From a virus (lineage: Duplodnaviria; Caudoviricetes): DNA of 64,000 bases. Positions 41,398 through 51,772 of the stretch are shown here, piece after piece. Location: the IMG/VR virus record IMGVR_UViG_3300037067_016777, positions 64,001 through 128,000 of that record; one strand, 5' to 3'. Within the stretch, counting starts at the first letter, position 1. Every line of letters starts with the position of its first letter. The position numbers and the translations under genes are program-made. The notes beneath the pieces are model-generated. The model had not been told where the DNA came from. It saw only the letters and a program-made list of their open reading frames with translations, and did no database searches.

Positions 41398-42127
41398 GGC
41401 AAACTCAACTGTCGGTGTGTCTTTTGTTGGCGGATTTGGCAATCAGCTTTTTCAATATGCGTTTGCGCGTGCCTATGCAGAAGCACACCACGCATCTTTG
41501 CGAACACCAGGCTGGATTGGCCAAAAGATATTTGCGTTATCAGATCCGCCACTAACATCGAGTATGCCTAGTTCTGGATTTGACGAGATCCCTAACGGTC
41601 GAGTCAATGTGGTGTTAAATGGTTATTTTCAATTCCAAACCGCGATTGATTATATGTCGCGATCTAAACTAAAGTCTTGGTTTCGATTACAAAATAATTG
41701 GAAGCAGAGATTTACGTCGCGCCTTCCAATAGCGGCACACATACGGCGCGGCGACTACATCGGTCTAGGTGGTGTTTTTTGTTTAATCAATGAATCTTCT
41801 TATGTCGATGCGTGTAATAAGTTTGGTTTTGGTACTAATATTACTTGGATTCAGGAAGGCAATCGGACCCCACCACAGGATCTGATTGATGCGGGCATAC
41901 CATTTTTAGAAGATTTTATGCTACTAATGAATGCAGACGTGCTACTGCGTGCTAATTCTTCTTTTAGTTGGTGGGCTGCTACGTTAGGCAACGGCCGTGT
42001 ATTTAGTCCATTAGTTGAAGATCGTGTAGGCACACAAAATATTGATTTTGTTGAAGGTAATTGGCCTAGAATGGTTGATGGTCGTAATTGTAGAACCAAT
42101 ATTACAGATTTACATTTGAAAGACTAA
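41396..42127 (+). CDS. Alpha-1,2-fucosyltransferase (GT11)
   Basis: GGFGNQLFQYA, GYFQ, HIRRGDY, DF.LL, ANSSFSWWAA.L. Confidence 0.9.
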   Translation: MANSTVGVSFVGGFGNQLFQYAFARAYAEAHHASLRTPGWIGQKIFALSDPPLTSSMPSSGFDEIPNGRVNVVLNGYFQFQTAIDYMSRSKLKSWFRLQNNWKQRFTSRLPIAAHIRRGDYIGLGGVFCLINESSYVDACNKFGFGTNITWIQEGNRTPPQDLIDAGIPFLEDFMLLMNADVLLRANSSFSWWAATLGNGRVFSPLVEDRVGTQNIDFVEGNWPRMVDGRNCRTNITDLHLKD

Positions 42128-42128
42128 A

Positions 42129-42764
42129 ATGCCAGACTTTGATCGATGGTCTGCTGATCGTGGCGACGAAATGCTCAGATTCAACTATCAAGTTAAATCG
42201 ACAGATATTATTTTGGATTGCGGTGCATATCATGGCACTTGGAGTCGTCGAATATTTGACCTCTTTCATTGTAAGATTATCGCATTTGAGCCTATAAAGG
42301 CGTATCACGATATGACTGTGCGAACATTAGCTGGCACCAGTGCTGTTGTTTACCACGCTGGCATCGGCTCAACTAATGCTGTTTGCAATATTTCTGTAGA
42401 TGGCGATGCATCAAGCATTATGGCGCATTCAGGGCAACAAGAACAGATAAGTATTATATCGATAGATGACATTATTTGTAATCACTCACTATCGAAGATA
42501 CGCCTCATGAAAATAAATATTGAAGGTGCTGAATATGATTTGTTGGATTATATGATTAATACTGCAATAGTTGATCGCATCGAAGACATACAAGTGCAAT
42601 TTCATTCTTTTGTTACAAATTCGGCAGATAGACGCCAGCGAATCAGAGATCGTTTACAGAAAACGCATCATCTGACATATGACTACGAATTTGTTTGGGA
42701 GAATTGGCGACTACATAGTATAAAAGCAAACACCACAGCAGATGTGGAAAAGATAACTACCTAA
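42129..42764 (+). CDS. FkbM-family methyltransferase
   Basis: LDCGAYHG, AFEP, LMKINIEGAEY, QVQFH. Confidence 0.85.
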   Translation: MPDFDRWSADRGDEMLRFNYQVKSTDIILDCGAYHGTWSRRIFDLFHCKIIAFEPIKAYHDMTVRTLAGTSAVVYHAGIGSTNAVCNISVDGDASSIMAHSGQQEQISIISIDDIICNHSLSKIRLMKINIEGAEYDLLDYMINTAIVDRIEDIQVQFHSFVTNSADRRQRIRDRLQKTHHLTYDYEFVWENWRLHSIKANTTADVEKITT

Positions 42765-42781
42765 AACAAGCATCTTGAGAG

Positions 42782-43204
42782 TCAAACGTCGTCGAAGTTA
42801 TTCAAATCTCTTTGCTGTTTGACTCTCGGACTCTCTAGATAGCGTACTAGTTGTTTTTGAAATTTTGAGTCGGCGTACCATTCAAGCCTACTCATCGGCA
42901 CCTCATTAATTGGTTTGCTGATAAATTCACCGAATGGCATTTTAGATAGTCCGAAGACATCAGCTTGCTCGTCGGTCATCGGCTCTAGACTAACAGGCTC
43001 TTTTACCAGCAGTCCATCTCTAGCAAATTTCGAGAGCTTGATTTCATCCCAGAACGCATCACGAGCAGTTATTGGGATTTCATTAACTTCATCGGACATT
43101 ATAGAAATTATAGTGCGTGCTCGTTCACGCGCCATAATCCGATTTTGTATTGTGATCGGATCTATCACAACGTCAATCGGTTTTTTCTTGTTTGGTAGTA
43201 TCAT
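42782..43204 (-). CDS. Hypothetical protein with an MPFG.F...I.EVP..L.W motif (DUF3820-like)
   Basis: [22 protein letters not shown]. Confidence 0.55.
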   Translation of the reverse strand: MILPNKKKPIDVVIDPITIQNRIMARERARTIISIMSDEVNEIPITARDAFWDEIKLSKFARDGLLVKEPVSLEPMTDEQADVFGLSKMPFGEFISKPINEVPMSRLEWYADSKFQKQLVRYLESPRVKQQRDLNNFDDV

Positions 43205-43373
43205 CTACTTCTTGTCGATGAATTGCATCCCAGACTTCGCGGCGGTGTACGCTGATCTCTTTGGGGGCCTCTACTCCCAAACGCACTTTATCGCCTCGTA
43301 TCTCAACAATAACAATAGTGATATTATCACCAATAACAATACTCTCGTTCTTTTTACGAGATAGTACTAACAT
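43173..43373 (-). CDS. csrA: Carbon storage regulator CsrA
   Basis: [47 protein letters not shown] canonical sequence. Confidence 0.95.
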   Translation of the reverse strand: MLVLSRKKNESIVIGDNITIVIVEIRGDKVRLGVEAPKEISVHRREVWDAIHRQEVDDTTKQEKTD

Positions 43374-43432
43374 AGAACCATCCTTGTCTTATTAGACTTA
43401 TGGATAACCACGTAAGCCGTAACGCACAAGCG

Positions 43433-44110
43433 TTATCTCTTCGTGTAGCCAGTTTTCTCTAATCGCTTGCGTGCATCATCTAGTGTCCCCTTCAATGGGT
43501 AAACAGAAGTTCCGGATGGTGCTGCTGCGACACCATCTTTGAACGCCTGTAATTGGGAGAGGAAAGCTTCTTCCGTATTTGTTTTCTTCTTTCCGAGCGC
43601 TCCATTGTAGGTGTTGAAACATAGCTTGCGTGGAGGTTCGTCGGCAATGAGTACATGTGACTGTACATCGGTATGTGGATCGCTGAACTTCAGCTGTTGC
43701 TTAGTCCATAATTCGACGCCATATTGAGCGACAACTGTGAAGTCGACAACGGTAGCTGTGTCTGTTTTAGACATTTGTTTTTCCTGTCGTGTTGTGGACG
43801 TACTGTCCGGGTTGTTGAAGTGTTCGTTGCTAGTTATTTGTAGCTTACCATGTACAGGACATTCTGCAGTGTCTCCATCGATAGCCAATATCCTTGAACA
43901 AAGCGGACATGCAGCTTTCATCCTATCGCCATGCTTGACAGCGGCTAGTTTTCCCAGGGAATCTACTGGCAGTATGCGTTCTTTATGTACTCTTGACTGA
44001 TTGCCATCCTCATCAGATACATAAATACAATTCTTTCTATCGGCTGGGCCAATTACTTCAAAAAGATTGCTAGAAACTCCACCTTCTGGTGTCAATAATC
44101 GTACTTGCAT
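43433..44110 (-). CDS. Hypothetical protein with Zn ribbon
   Basis: AGGAG RBS; CPLC...CPVH. Confidence 0.6.
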   Translation of the reverse strand: MQVRLLTPEGGVSSNLFEVIGPADRKNCIYVSDEDGNQSRVHKERILPVDSLGKLAAVKHGDRMKAACPLCSRILAIDGDTAECPVHGKLQITSNEHFNNPDSTSTTRQEKQMSKTDTATVVDFTVVAQYGVELWTKQQLKFSDPHTDVQSHVLIADEPPRKLCFNTYNGALGKKKTNTEEAFLSQLQAFKDGVAAAPSGTSVYPLKGTLDDARKRLEKTGYTKR

Positions 44111-44481
44111 ATTGTTTCTCCTGAAATCCTTTCCATATTACTAAAATACTTATTGACATTATTTTAATCTCAATGCAGCCTTGAGCGACGGAATAAATCT
44201 ATCTGCTCTAACAACATCTGCTTTATAAATATCCTTTATCCTATCTAATACCAATCCGACCTGGTCTTCGATTTGTGCAAGTTGGGCTGATGTCAATCGT
44301 TCTACGGTACATAAATCTATGACAAGACAAGTACGGTTAAATCCGCCCGTTTCTTCTACTACTGGTACATTCGGTGGATAAGGTGGATATGGAGTATTAG
44401 GCATGGAAAATCAAGGGTTCGAAGAGGAAGAGGTATCGCTTGATGAACCTCTTGAGTTATCACATCCTATGATACAGATTC

Positions 44482-44916
44482 CTATTTCTTACGAGGATTC
44501 TGAAGACTACGCGCCTTTTGACGACGATATTGATCCTGAAGTGATTTGATTACTGTCTGTATTTGTTTTTGGCGGGGCTGCTCCGCCTCTTGGGGTGGTG
44601 GCAGCGGATTTATGACAACATATTGCAATGTTCGACAGGCTAGAGATGCACATTCGACTAGATTAAGCCCCTTTTCTATTTTGTCGGCAACGCAGACCTG
44701 CAGTTTTATTTTGAAATTTCTGGCGAAGCATCGTCTATATTTCTCTGCTGCTTCGGCTTCGGTAAAAACAGGCAACGTACCTATTCCTTTTTCATCTTCA
44801 ACAGAAAATAGTCTCTTTAGATCGAAGGCGATAACAAAGAACGGTACTTTCAATATTGTTGTCTTGGCCATAATTATCAAATACATCATCTTGCGATTAC
44901 CCGCAAATTTTACCAT
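44482..44916 (-). CDS. Hypothetical protein (SseB-like LPVFT motif)
   Basis: LPVFTE...VVINP. Confidence 0.45.
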   Translation of the reverse strand: MVKFAGNRKMMYLIIMAKTTILKVPFFVIAFDLKRLFSVEDEKGIGTLPVFTEAEAAEKYRRCFARNFKIKLQVCVADKIEKGLNLVECASLACRTLQYVVINPLPPPQEAEQPRQKQIQTVIKSLQDQYRRQKARSLQNPRKK

Positions 44917-44933
44917 ATAGCGCAGTATTTCAC

Positions 44934-44960
44934 AATACCACCACCCATTGTGGTGGTATT
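44934..44960. other. 11-bp hairpin in a divergent intergenic region
   Basis: aataccaccac / gtggtggtatt. Confidence 0.6.
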
Positions 44961-44987
44961 ATCACTCTTTGAGGTGGTAGGTGAGCG

Positions 44988-45962
44988 ATGAGATTAGAAG
45001 ATATTAGTCGACTGGATGAAGCACTAGAATTAGACAAACAATATCTTGTTATCGAAAGCCTTTTGGCCGATATAATTGACGCCACTAAAACAAAATTCCA
45101 AACCTATATAGATGGACATAACAAAGTTGTCGAGAAACTTGGATTGCTACATTATGTTAAAACAGCCAGACAGCTAAATGTATCATTATTAGACGACTCG
45201 CCAGAAGCAAACGATTGGTGGGAATCTGCCGTCAATATAATCAATAGAAAACATGGTGGAAAGGCTACTAAGAAAGAGCGAGCAGAGCTGATTACTAAGG
45301 CAAGAGCTAAGATTGGTCCGATGATTAATAGGGATTTGGAAAATACACAAAATAAACTCGCAGATTTATATGCGCGTCGCACTGGAAATAGTAGTGCTAA
45401 TGTCGATAGGATGTTTGAAATATTATTTGGTACATCAGAATCAGAAAAAGCCCCGAAACCACGAAGAAGAAGGAAATCTCATTACTATGAGAGCAAGGTT
45501 TATGAAGAGGGATGGGGCCAGACTATTTCAACTGCGATTGATATGCTCGATCCAAAAAAACGCATATATAAAGGTGCAGAAATCGTTCGGTCGAGCAATA
45601 ACGAAAGAATAGCAACGATAGCCATCTCTTTATTATCGCGACAATTAGATACGATTAATGTCGACCGCAAGCTCAAGATGGCTAATAGAGCAGCAAAAAA
45701 GCCACCAATACCAGCTACGCCGTTGACTAATAAGTATAAGATGGCTATGTTTATAAATAAGTGCATGCTGGACGCTAGTAAAGGAATTAACAAAGATAAA
45801 GGTCAAGAATATTGGATGAATAAGATACAATCTAAAGCAAAACGAATGGGCGTTAGAATTAGGATGAATCATTTGCCAGCAAAGCCTTATCCGCGAGATT
45901 TCGATGAATTTAGACAGCAATATGGCCCGAAGCCAGCACTGAGACCAGGACAACGAGCATGA
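44988..45962 (+). CDS. Hypothetical basic protein, possible internal head protein
   Basis: 324-aa ORF; N-terminal MRLEDISRLDE. Confidence 0.6.
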   Translation: MRLEDISRLDEALELDKQYLVIESLLADIIDATKTKFQTYIDGHNKVVEKLGLLHYVKTARQLNVSLLDDSPEANDWWESAVNIINRKHGGKATKKERAELITKARAKIGPMINRDLENTQNKLADLYARRTGNSSANVDRMFEILFGTSESEKAPKPRRRRKSHYYESKVYEEGWGQTISTAIDMLDPKKRIYKGAEIVRSSNNERIATIAISLLSRQLDTINVDRKLKMANRAAKKPPIPATPLTNKYKMAMFINKCMLDASKGINKDKGQEYWMNKIQSKAKRMGVRIRMNHLPAKPYPRDFDEFRQQYGPKPALRPGQRA

Positions 45963-46318
45963 GCTATTTCGAACGAACATTATTTGAAGCATTAAATAAC
46001 GAATTAGATGATTTTTGGCTGCATTGGAAGGATGTTGAGAATCAGCCAGATAGTCCAGAAAAAATGGAAGAACTTAGGAAGATAGACGAGAGATTTGTGA
46101 GATATCACAAAGAAGATCTAGAAGAACTTCGAGAATCTTTTGTCAGGGCTATGAACAAATGCCCAGACCAGGAAAAATTTAAGAAGAAGCTGCAAGAATC
46201 GAACAAAATCTATAATTTGATATCTTGGGTATTAAGAGAACTGAATAAAAATCGCCCCGAAAATTTGCCAACTTGGATGTTAAGACACCTCGTTAGCAAA
46301 GCCGAACAACAGAGTTAA
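45959..46318 (+). CDS. Hypothetical protein
   Basis: ATGA-coupled; MSYFERTLFE. Confidence 0.55.
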   Translation: MSYFERTLFEALNNELDDFWLHWKDVENQPDSPEKMEELRKIDERFVRYHKEDLEELRESFVRAMNKCPDQEKFKKKLQESNKIYNLISWVLRELNKNRPENLPTWMLRHLVSKAEQQS

Positions 46319-46342
46319 TCACCTCAACCAAAAAGTACTTAT

Positions 46343-46606
46343 ATGAATCACCCCACTGTTTTGTTTGGATCTGGTTTTGTTGGCGTTCCAGCACAACAAA
46401 AGATAACTATTAACCAGGCTCCTATTGTATCAGAAAAGAAGACTGGCACCATCAAACCAGCCAACAGAGGCAAGTTTACAGCAAAAGCCAAAAAGGCTGG
46501 TTTGAGTGTCCCCGCGATGGCGTCGAAGGCATTGAAGCCGGGCAGCAAAGCCTCAAAGGCGACAAAGAAGCAAGCGGTCTTTGCTAAGAACGCTCAGAAG
46601 TGGTAA
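46343..46606 (+). CDS. Small Lys/Ala-rich phage protein
   Basis: IKPANRGKFTAKAK...KKQAVFAKNAQKW motif. Confidence 0.6.
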   Translation: MNHPTVLFGSGFVGVPAQQKITINQAPIVSEKKTGTIKPANRGKFTAKAKKAGLSVPAMASKALKPGSKASKATKKQAVFAKNAQKW

Positions 46607-46688
46607 TAGGCTCTACTGAGCCAAGACCTGTATCTAATTAACTGTAGCTGTTTGTCGTGCTATAACTACAGAGAATACAGGAGCAATT

Positions 46689-47381
46689 ATGTCTCAATAT
46701 ACTGTCATCGTTCGTCTGAAGGACGCTAATATAGAGTCGCTTGGCTTGAGAGGCACTTTTTTGGTCGAGCTGGCCGTGACAGCGACGTCCAAAGAAGAGG
46801 CGACAAATCTTTGTTCAAAATATGGGCGTGTCGCCAGTGCATATGACCATGGCGAAGAGCGAGGATTGTCGCAAGAAAGGAAAAAGCAGTTAGTGGCGGT
46901 GGCGTTCTATCGTCCCAACTCTAGAAACGAAGAAATATACACCTACTACATTTGTGAAAAGTGTAAGTCGTATATGACACACCAGAACGTATGGTGTAGC
47001 CAATGCGGCTCGAAATACATCGCCAAAAAAGGGCGGGCGAGTGAGTTCGAAAAGGATGGCTATGAAGACGCATACAGTCTATTCTGGTATCAGAAGTGCA
47101 AGGAGCATAGCTTCTTCGAGGTAAGCGTCGAACTAAAATCGAATGTGAGTATCAACCTAGAAGATGGCAAACTCGACCCGTTAGGGCTTGTTACCTGCAG
47201 GTTGTGGTTAGGGATAAAAGCACCCACCAGACATAAAGCCGTGGAGACTGGTGCCAAATTTGGAGAGGTCTACCATTGCAGCTATAATAGAGGCGATGAT
47301 GGTCGCAAGTTCTTTGGAATTATGATCGGCACGCCTCAGGAACCCACCGTTGCATCACAGCCCGATGTGTCGGGTTCGTAG
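46689..47381 (+). CDS. Hypothetical protein with Zn ribbon
   Basis: After the promoter motif at 46655; CEKC..CSQC. Confidence 0.6.
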   Translation: MSQYTVIVRLKDANIESLGLRGTFLVELAVTATSKEEATNLCSKYGRVASAYDHGEERGLSQERKKQLVAVAFYRPNSRNEEIYTYYICEKCKSYMTHQNVWCSQCGSKYIAKKGRASEFEKDGYEDAYSLFWYQKCKEHSFFEVSVELKSNVSINLEDGKLDPLGLVTCRLWLGIKAPTRHKAVETGAKFGEVYHCSYNRGDDGRKFFGIMIGTPQEPTVASQPDVSGS

Positions 47382-47694
47382 ACCACTTCAAGAATTTCTT
47401 GACTATAGCTGGCCACTCTACATCGCCATATGTTTTAGCCATATAAGCAATCATATTGCGGTGTAAATTCCGCAATTCGGTTGTCTCGTCATCGGTTTGT
47501 CTTAAGACAACAGGCTTGTGGCACCTGATAACTCTATATTCAGTGCCATCTATAGTTAAAACGAGAGATATTGTTATAACTCTTGATATAGGATCGTAAA
47601 CGCCAATTAGTTCAGCTAAACAATCCGGTACAGTCGATTTTTTAGCTAGTTTCTCACGTAGCCAGACGAGTCTTGTGTCTAATAAGCTGGTCAC
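47320..47694 (-). CDS. Hypothetical protein
   Basis: Tiles in - strand run. Confidence 0.45.
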   Translation of the reverse strand: MTSLLDTRLVWLREKLAKKSTVPDCLAELIGVYDPISRVITISLVLTIDGTEYRVIRCHKPVVLRQTDDETTELRNLHRNMIAYMAKTYGDVEWPAIVKKFLKWSTNPTHRAVMQRWVPEACRS

Positions 47695-48210
47695 TCCATT
47701 ATCACCCTGCTCGTTGCCTGACTTATTAGGCTCTCGGCTGTAGTTCTTGGTAGCCCTTCAAGTATGCACGACCACATCCCGCCCTGCGAAATCTCGATTT
47801 TATACATACCTGAATTAATATCTTGGCCTGGCATTGGCATCGTCCTGATACCTCTTGGACCAGCCTTCCGCATTTGAACTAGCGCTTCTGAAATGTTGAT
47901 GGCCATATTAAATCTCCGAAATCGGCGATGGTAGGATATCTAATCCTTTATGTTCTTTACAGTTGCAACGTGTGAAATAGCCATGGCCATTGACATACTC
48001 AGGATGTGTCGTGTTATGGCAGCACCAACCACCATCTAGGTCAACACATCCACCATGCTTACCACTGCAAATCGGTGATATGAAACCGCAGCTGCCATAT
48101 CGTTGAACTGGTACCCACGGTGCTAATGGTTCAGTCGATGGCTCCGACATTTTCTTCCTGATCTCTGCTCTGATAGCCTCAATATCATATGGCATGTGGC
48201 TCTCGCAGTT

Positions 48211-49071
48211 TCAAAGTATTTTTGGTAGTTGTATTCTTTGAAGTAATGATTCGAATGCGTCGAAAGCACGTAAAAACGTTTTCTCTCTTGTTGTTGCGTT
48301 TCCGTAGCGATTACCCAATCCTGGCTCCAAACAAAACCATCCGTTGAATTTTGATGCTATGGCGTCTGCTACTAGAATGTCTAGTTGAGCATCACCTAAT
48401 CCAGCCGGTTTCGCCGAATCTCCGGTTTTGAAATCGTGTATATCAATAAAACTGACTCTCGATTTCAAAAGAGACCAAAATTTTACAAATGGATTAATCC
48501 TAGATCGTATCACTAACAACGCCGGATCAAACAACAGATTTAAACGTCTAGATTTCTGTAGTAACATAGCAATTGATGCTGCTTGATTATAATAGCTATT
48601 ATTTTCTGGTTCTAATACCAGTGCTATGTCATATGATATGCTTAATCCAGAAATAATAGATATCCATTTCTGGACTATTTCACCATTTGGTGATGGGCTG
48701 AATTTTGGAGTAATTTGCGGTGTTGAAGATATATCTACTGCTGGCTTCGATGAAGTTCCAATACCAATGCGTAGCGATCGACATTTAAGGAATTTACATA
48801 TTTGTAGTGCTCTGACAAATTTTTGTTCTTCAGCTAACAGTTTTTCAGGGTCGACACAACCAATATCAGTATGCAACAATATTGGTGATAATTTGTGTTT
48901 AATTAATATATTGTCAAGTATGCTGATAGCGTTATCTGGCATACTTGATATGTCACGACACCAAGCGCGGCGTAGGCAAACATTAGTAATGCTTTTTGAT
49001 ATTAATAGCTCACCAGCCTTATCAGGATCATCGAACACTTCGTCGGTATAGGCGGCTAGCTTTACGTTCAT
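48211..49071 (-). CDS. Sugar-phosphate isomerase/epimerase-like TIM barrel (AP endonuclease 2 family)
   Basis: AYTDE, LVLEPE, LFDPA, IHD, PAGLGD, GWFCLEP. Confidence 0.75.
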   Translation of the reverse strand: MNVKLAAYTDEVFDDPDKAGELLISKSITNVCLRRAWCRDISSMPDNAISILDNILIKHKLSPILLHTDIGCVDPEKLLAEEQKFVRALQICKFLKCRSLRIGIGTSSKPAVDISSTPQITPKFSPSPNGEIVQKWISIISGLSISYDIALVLEPENNSYYNQAASIAMLLQKSRRLNLLFDPALLVIRSRINPFVKFWSLLKSRVSFIDIHDFKTGDSAKPAGLGDAQLDILVADAIASKFNGWFCLEPGLGNRYGNATTREKTFLRAFDAFESLLQRIQLPKIL

Positions 49072-50294
49072 AACTCGACTATTTGGCTATGCTTCGGTCC
49101 AGTTCTGACCCAATGCAGTCCGAAGAATTGCGACATATCAGACAAGTCATCGCAGCTTTCGTTCACATCGCTTTCGTATGTTCCGTTATTTTCGAGGACC
49201 GGTTGCAAATGTAGACGCAACCAGCTGATGACCTTAGGTGTGAAGACTTCTTCGTATGTCGTCTTTCCTTTGACGGTTCTGTCGACGAAATTGATGAAGT
49301 TGAGGCTGTATAAGACGTTGCCGTTTCTGAGCAGACCACCAGCCAGAGCGTTCACATATTTCGCTCTTTCGGTCGGGAATTCGAAGATGCGTCTGACCTT
49401 CTTGGTAACTGATGTCATCATTGCATATCTGTATTCTTCGACGAACTCGTCGAAGTTGTCGTATCCAGCCTGCTTCGCTACAGCTTCCCACCCAATTTCT
49501 CTTGCTTCCCAGTAGTTACCGGTGTAGCACTGTTCACCGGTAGCAGCCGACTCGTTGCTAATGCGTATCGGGTTAGTGCGTAAATTGATGATGACGTTTG
49601 TAACTGCTCTACCAGGAAGACCGGCATCTGCTACAAGTTGTGTCGGGTGTGTTTGCCGCGAAGTGCAGTATGGATATTCGGCGAAGTTGAGGTCAAGATC
49701 GACGCCTTGCGAACCTTCAACGAGAACTCGCATGCCCTGTTTGGCTATGCCGTGATTCAACTCCATTGTTAAGTCGGCGATTGTGCAGAATTCGCGGAGT
49801 TCCTCGTAATCTCTCACCAGTTTTTGCTGCGGTAATCGCATGGCCTTTGCTGCGATAGCCGCACCACATCCCTTGAACGTACTACCAGTCTTGATGGTTT
49901 CACGTTCATGTTGTTTGTTCTCTTCAGTTATTACGTTGGCTAGCGGGTGGATGGTCAATCTTTCGCGAATCGGGAAGCCGAGCGATTCGAGATTTGCTAC
50001 TTCGCTGAACAACGTTTTCAGATCGATCGCAGCACCGGCGTTAATGTAGAGCCGCGTGTTCTTGTTGATGAATGCTGATGGAATGTGCTGGACCAGTATC
50101 CGCGTGCCGTCATCAAGCTCCGTGTAATGACCAGCATTACTGCACCAGTTATTTGTGGCCAGATGGAATGGATATTTATCGGCCAACCAAGAGTTGAGAG
50201 CCCCTTTGCCAGAAGACCCAGCACCTCCATCTGTTGTAACCACAACCATCCCACCTACGTCGTTTTTCTGAAAAGGACCACAATCGGTTTTCAT
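49068..50294 (-). CDS. purZ: PurZ-like N6-succino-2-amino-2'-deoxyadenylate synthetase (PurA paralog)
   Basis: DGGAGSSGKG (Ser in place of the PurA catalytic Asp of GDEGKG), NAGH, GST.KGCGAA, EGSQG..L..YPYCTSR, RT.PIRI, TSVTKKVRRI, LNF. Confidence 0.72.
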   Translation of the reverse strand: MKTDCGPFQKNDVGGMVVVTTDGGAGSSGKGALNSWLADKYPFHLATNNWCSNAGHYTELDDGTRILVQHIPSAFINKNTRLYINAGAAIDLKTLFSEVANLESLGFPIRERLTIHPLANVITEENKQHERETIKTGSTFKGCGAAIAAKAMRLPQQKLVRDYEELREFCTIADLTMELNHGIAKQGMRVLVEGSQGVDLDLNFAEYPYCTSRQTHPTQLVADAGLPGRAVTNVIINLRTNPIRISNESAATGEQCYTGNYWEAREIGWEAVAKQAGYDNFDEFVEEYRYAMMTSVTKKVRRIFEFPTERAKYVNALAGGLLRNGNVLYSLNFINFVDRTVKGKTTYEEVFTPKVISWLRLHLQPVLENNGTYESDVNESCDDLSDMSQFFGLHWVRTGPKHSQIVEL

Positions 50295-50336
50295 GTACTT
50301 AATCCTAATTATGTGTATTTAAGTCAAACATATTAT

Positions 50337-51233
50337 ATGTTTGACCACGAAATACAATGGCTGTGTGGTGTGATTGATGCAGAAGGTTCTTTTATACTTA
50401 CTTATGCCAAAGCCGAAAGAAAACGCCATTGTTGTAAAATACGAAGATGCTATCTTAAAATCTTAACAACAGATAACATCATCATACCAAAGATTTATGA
50501 GATACTTAAGTGCCATCACCAACCACACCCATCAAAATTATCAATCAGAATAACTGGTAATCAACTCCGATTGTTGCTTCCGAGGTTGATACCACATCTT
50601 TATACTAAGCAACCACAAGCTAAATTAGTTCTTGCAGCATTGAATATCAAAAATGGTCAGAATTCCTTTTATTCTAAAACAGAATCGCAGTTATGGCATT
50701 CATACTATAAAAAAGTCCGGCAGTTGAATGCGGTCGGCAAGAAAGCGATAAACGATATTGAATTGAGGGAACATATATTTAGTTGGCCGTGGCTGGCTGG
50801 AATGACTGATGGCGACGGAACCATTATCAATGGCCGATTCGGTTTAGGTGGCCGTGCTCTTAAACCGATATACAAGATTTCATTAGCGCATCTTTTAACA
50901 ATAAACTATTTAGGGGAGCAGTTAGGAGTCGGTTCGTTACGAGCCGGTGGCGGGAAAGGCAATAAAAGGCCGATCAGATCTATTAGATTGATGGCTGAGA
51001 AACAACGTGAAATATTACCGAAAATTATACCATATCTGCAACTCAAGAGAGAACAAGCAGAAATTGCTTTAGAAATAGCAACATTGCGTCATTCGCTACC
51101 ACCTGGAACCAACAGGTTAGATTCAGGTATTGGTGATAGAATTAAGAAAGCGCTGGATAGGATTGATGAATTGAATAAGCCAATTGGAAAATTAAGACCA
51201 AGACGCAAAAGACGTCCAATCGCCGTGATTTAA
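50337..51233 (+). CDS. Double-motif LAGLIDADG homing endonuclease
   Basis: WLCGVIDAEGS and WLAGMTDGDGT, each followed by P.L..K..QA; ATG at 50337. Confidence 0.85.
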   Translation: MFDHEIQWLCGVIDAEGSFILTYAKAERKRHCCKIRRCYLKILTTDNIIIPKIYEILKCHHQPHPSKLSIRITGNQLRLLLPRLIPHLYTKQPQAKLVLAALNIKNGQNSFYSKTESQLWHSYYKKVRQLNAVGKKAINDIELREHIFSWPWLAGMTDGDGTIINGRFGLGGRALKPIYKISLAHLLTINYLGEQLGVGSLRAGGGKGNKRPIRSIRLMAEKQREILPKIIPYLQLKREQAEIALEIATLRHSLPPGTNRLDSGIGDRIKKALDRIDELNKPIGKLRPRRKRRPIAVI

Positions 51234-51235
51234 TT

Positions 51236-51577
51236 TCAGACTAGTACTGCTTGGATGTCATACCCATCAGCAGCCCAGATATTGATTTGGTCGCTGTAAT
51301 TTGTCTTATTAGCCACCTTCACAGCCCTGGTAAGAGGTAAGATCTCGATTACTTCATCTAAAATCCCACCACGATTAATAGATCGTTTAATTGCAACTCG
51401 ATTGTTCTGCTGCAGACGCTGTTTGATTCTGATTGCTGTTTGGACTTGTTCGAGATCGTGTAAGAGAATTGTTAGGTTTTGCCCCAATTTCGCCTCTAAT
51501 ATCGCAAGCCATCGGTCAGATTTGATCAATAATTCAGCGTTGTCACCAAGTTCATCAATAATGTCGAATTCTATCAT
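51236..51577 (-). CDS. Hypothetical protein
   Basis: Tiles in - strand run. Confidence 0.5.
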   Translation of the reverse strand: MIEFDIIDELGDNAELLIKSDRWLAILEAKLGQNLTILLHDLEQVQTAIRIKQRLQQNNRVAIKRSINRGGILDEVIEILPLTRAVKVANKTNYSDQINIWAADGYDIQAVLV

Positions 51578-51772
51578 TTTATATTCCCTTGGCGTTTAAC
51601 TGTCCTTCATCAACCTCTACAAGCCAATGATTAGGCACCCATGTTAACTTTCCCAACAATTCAACCCTGCTAAATATAAGCCCAACCCCGCGAATAATCC
51701 CTATTTCGTTGTGCCAAATATGCTCTTGATTATAGATGCGCACCAATATACCAATTTTGATGTCACTAACAA

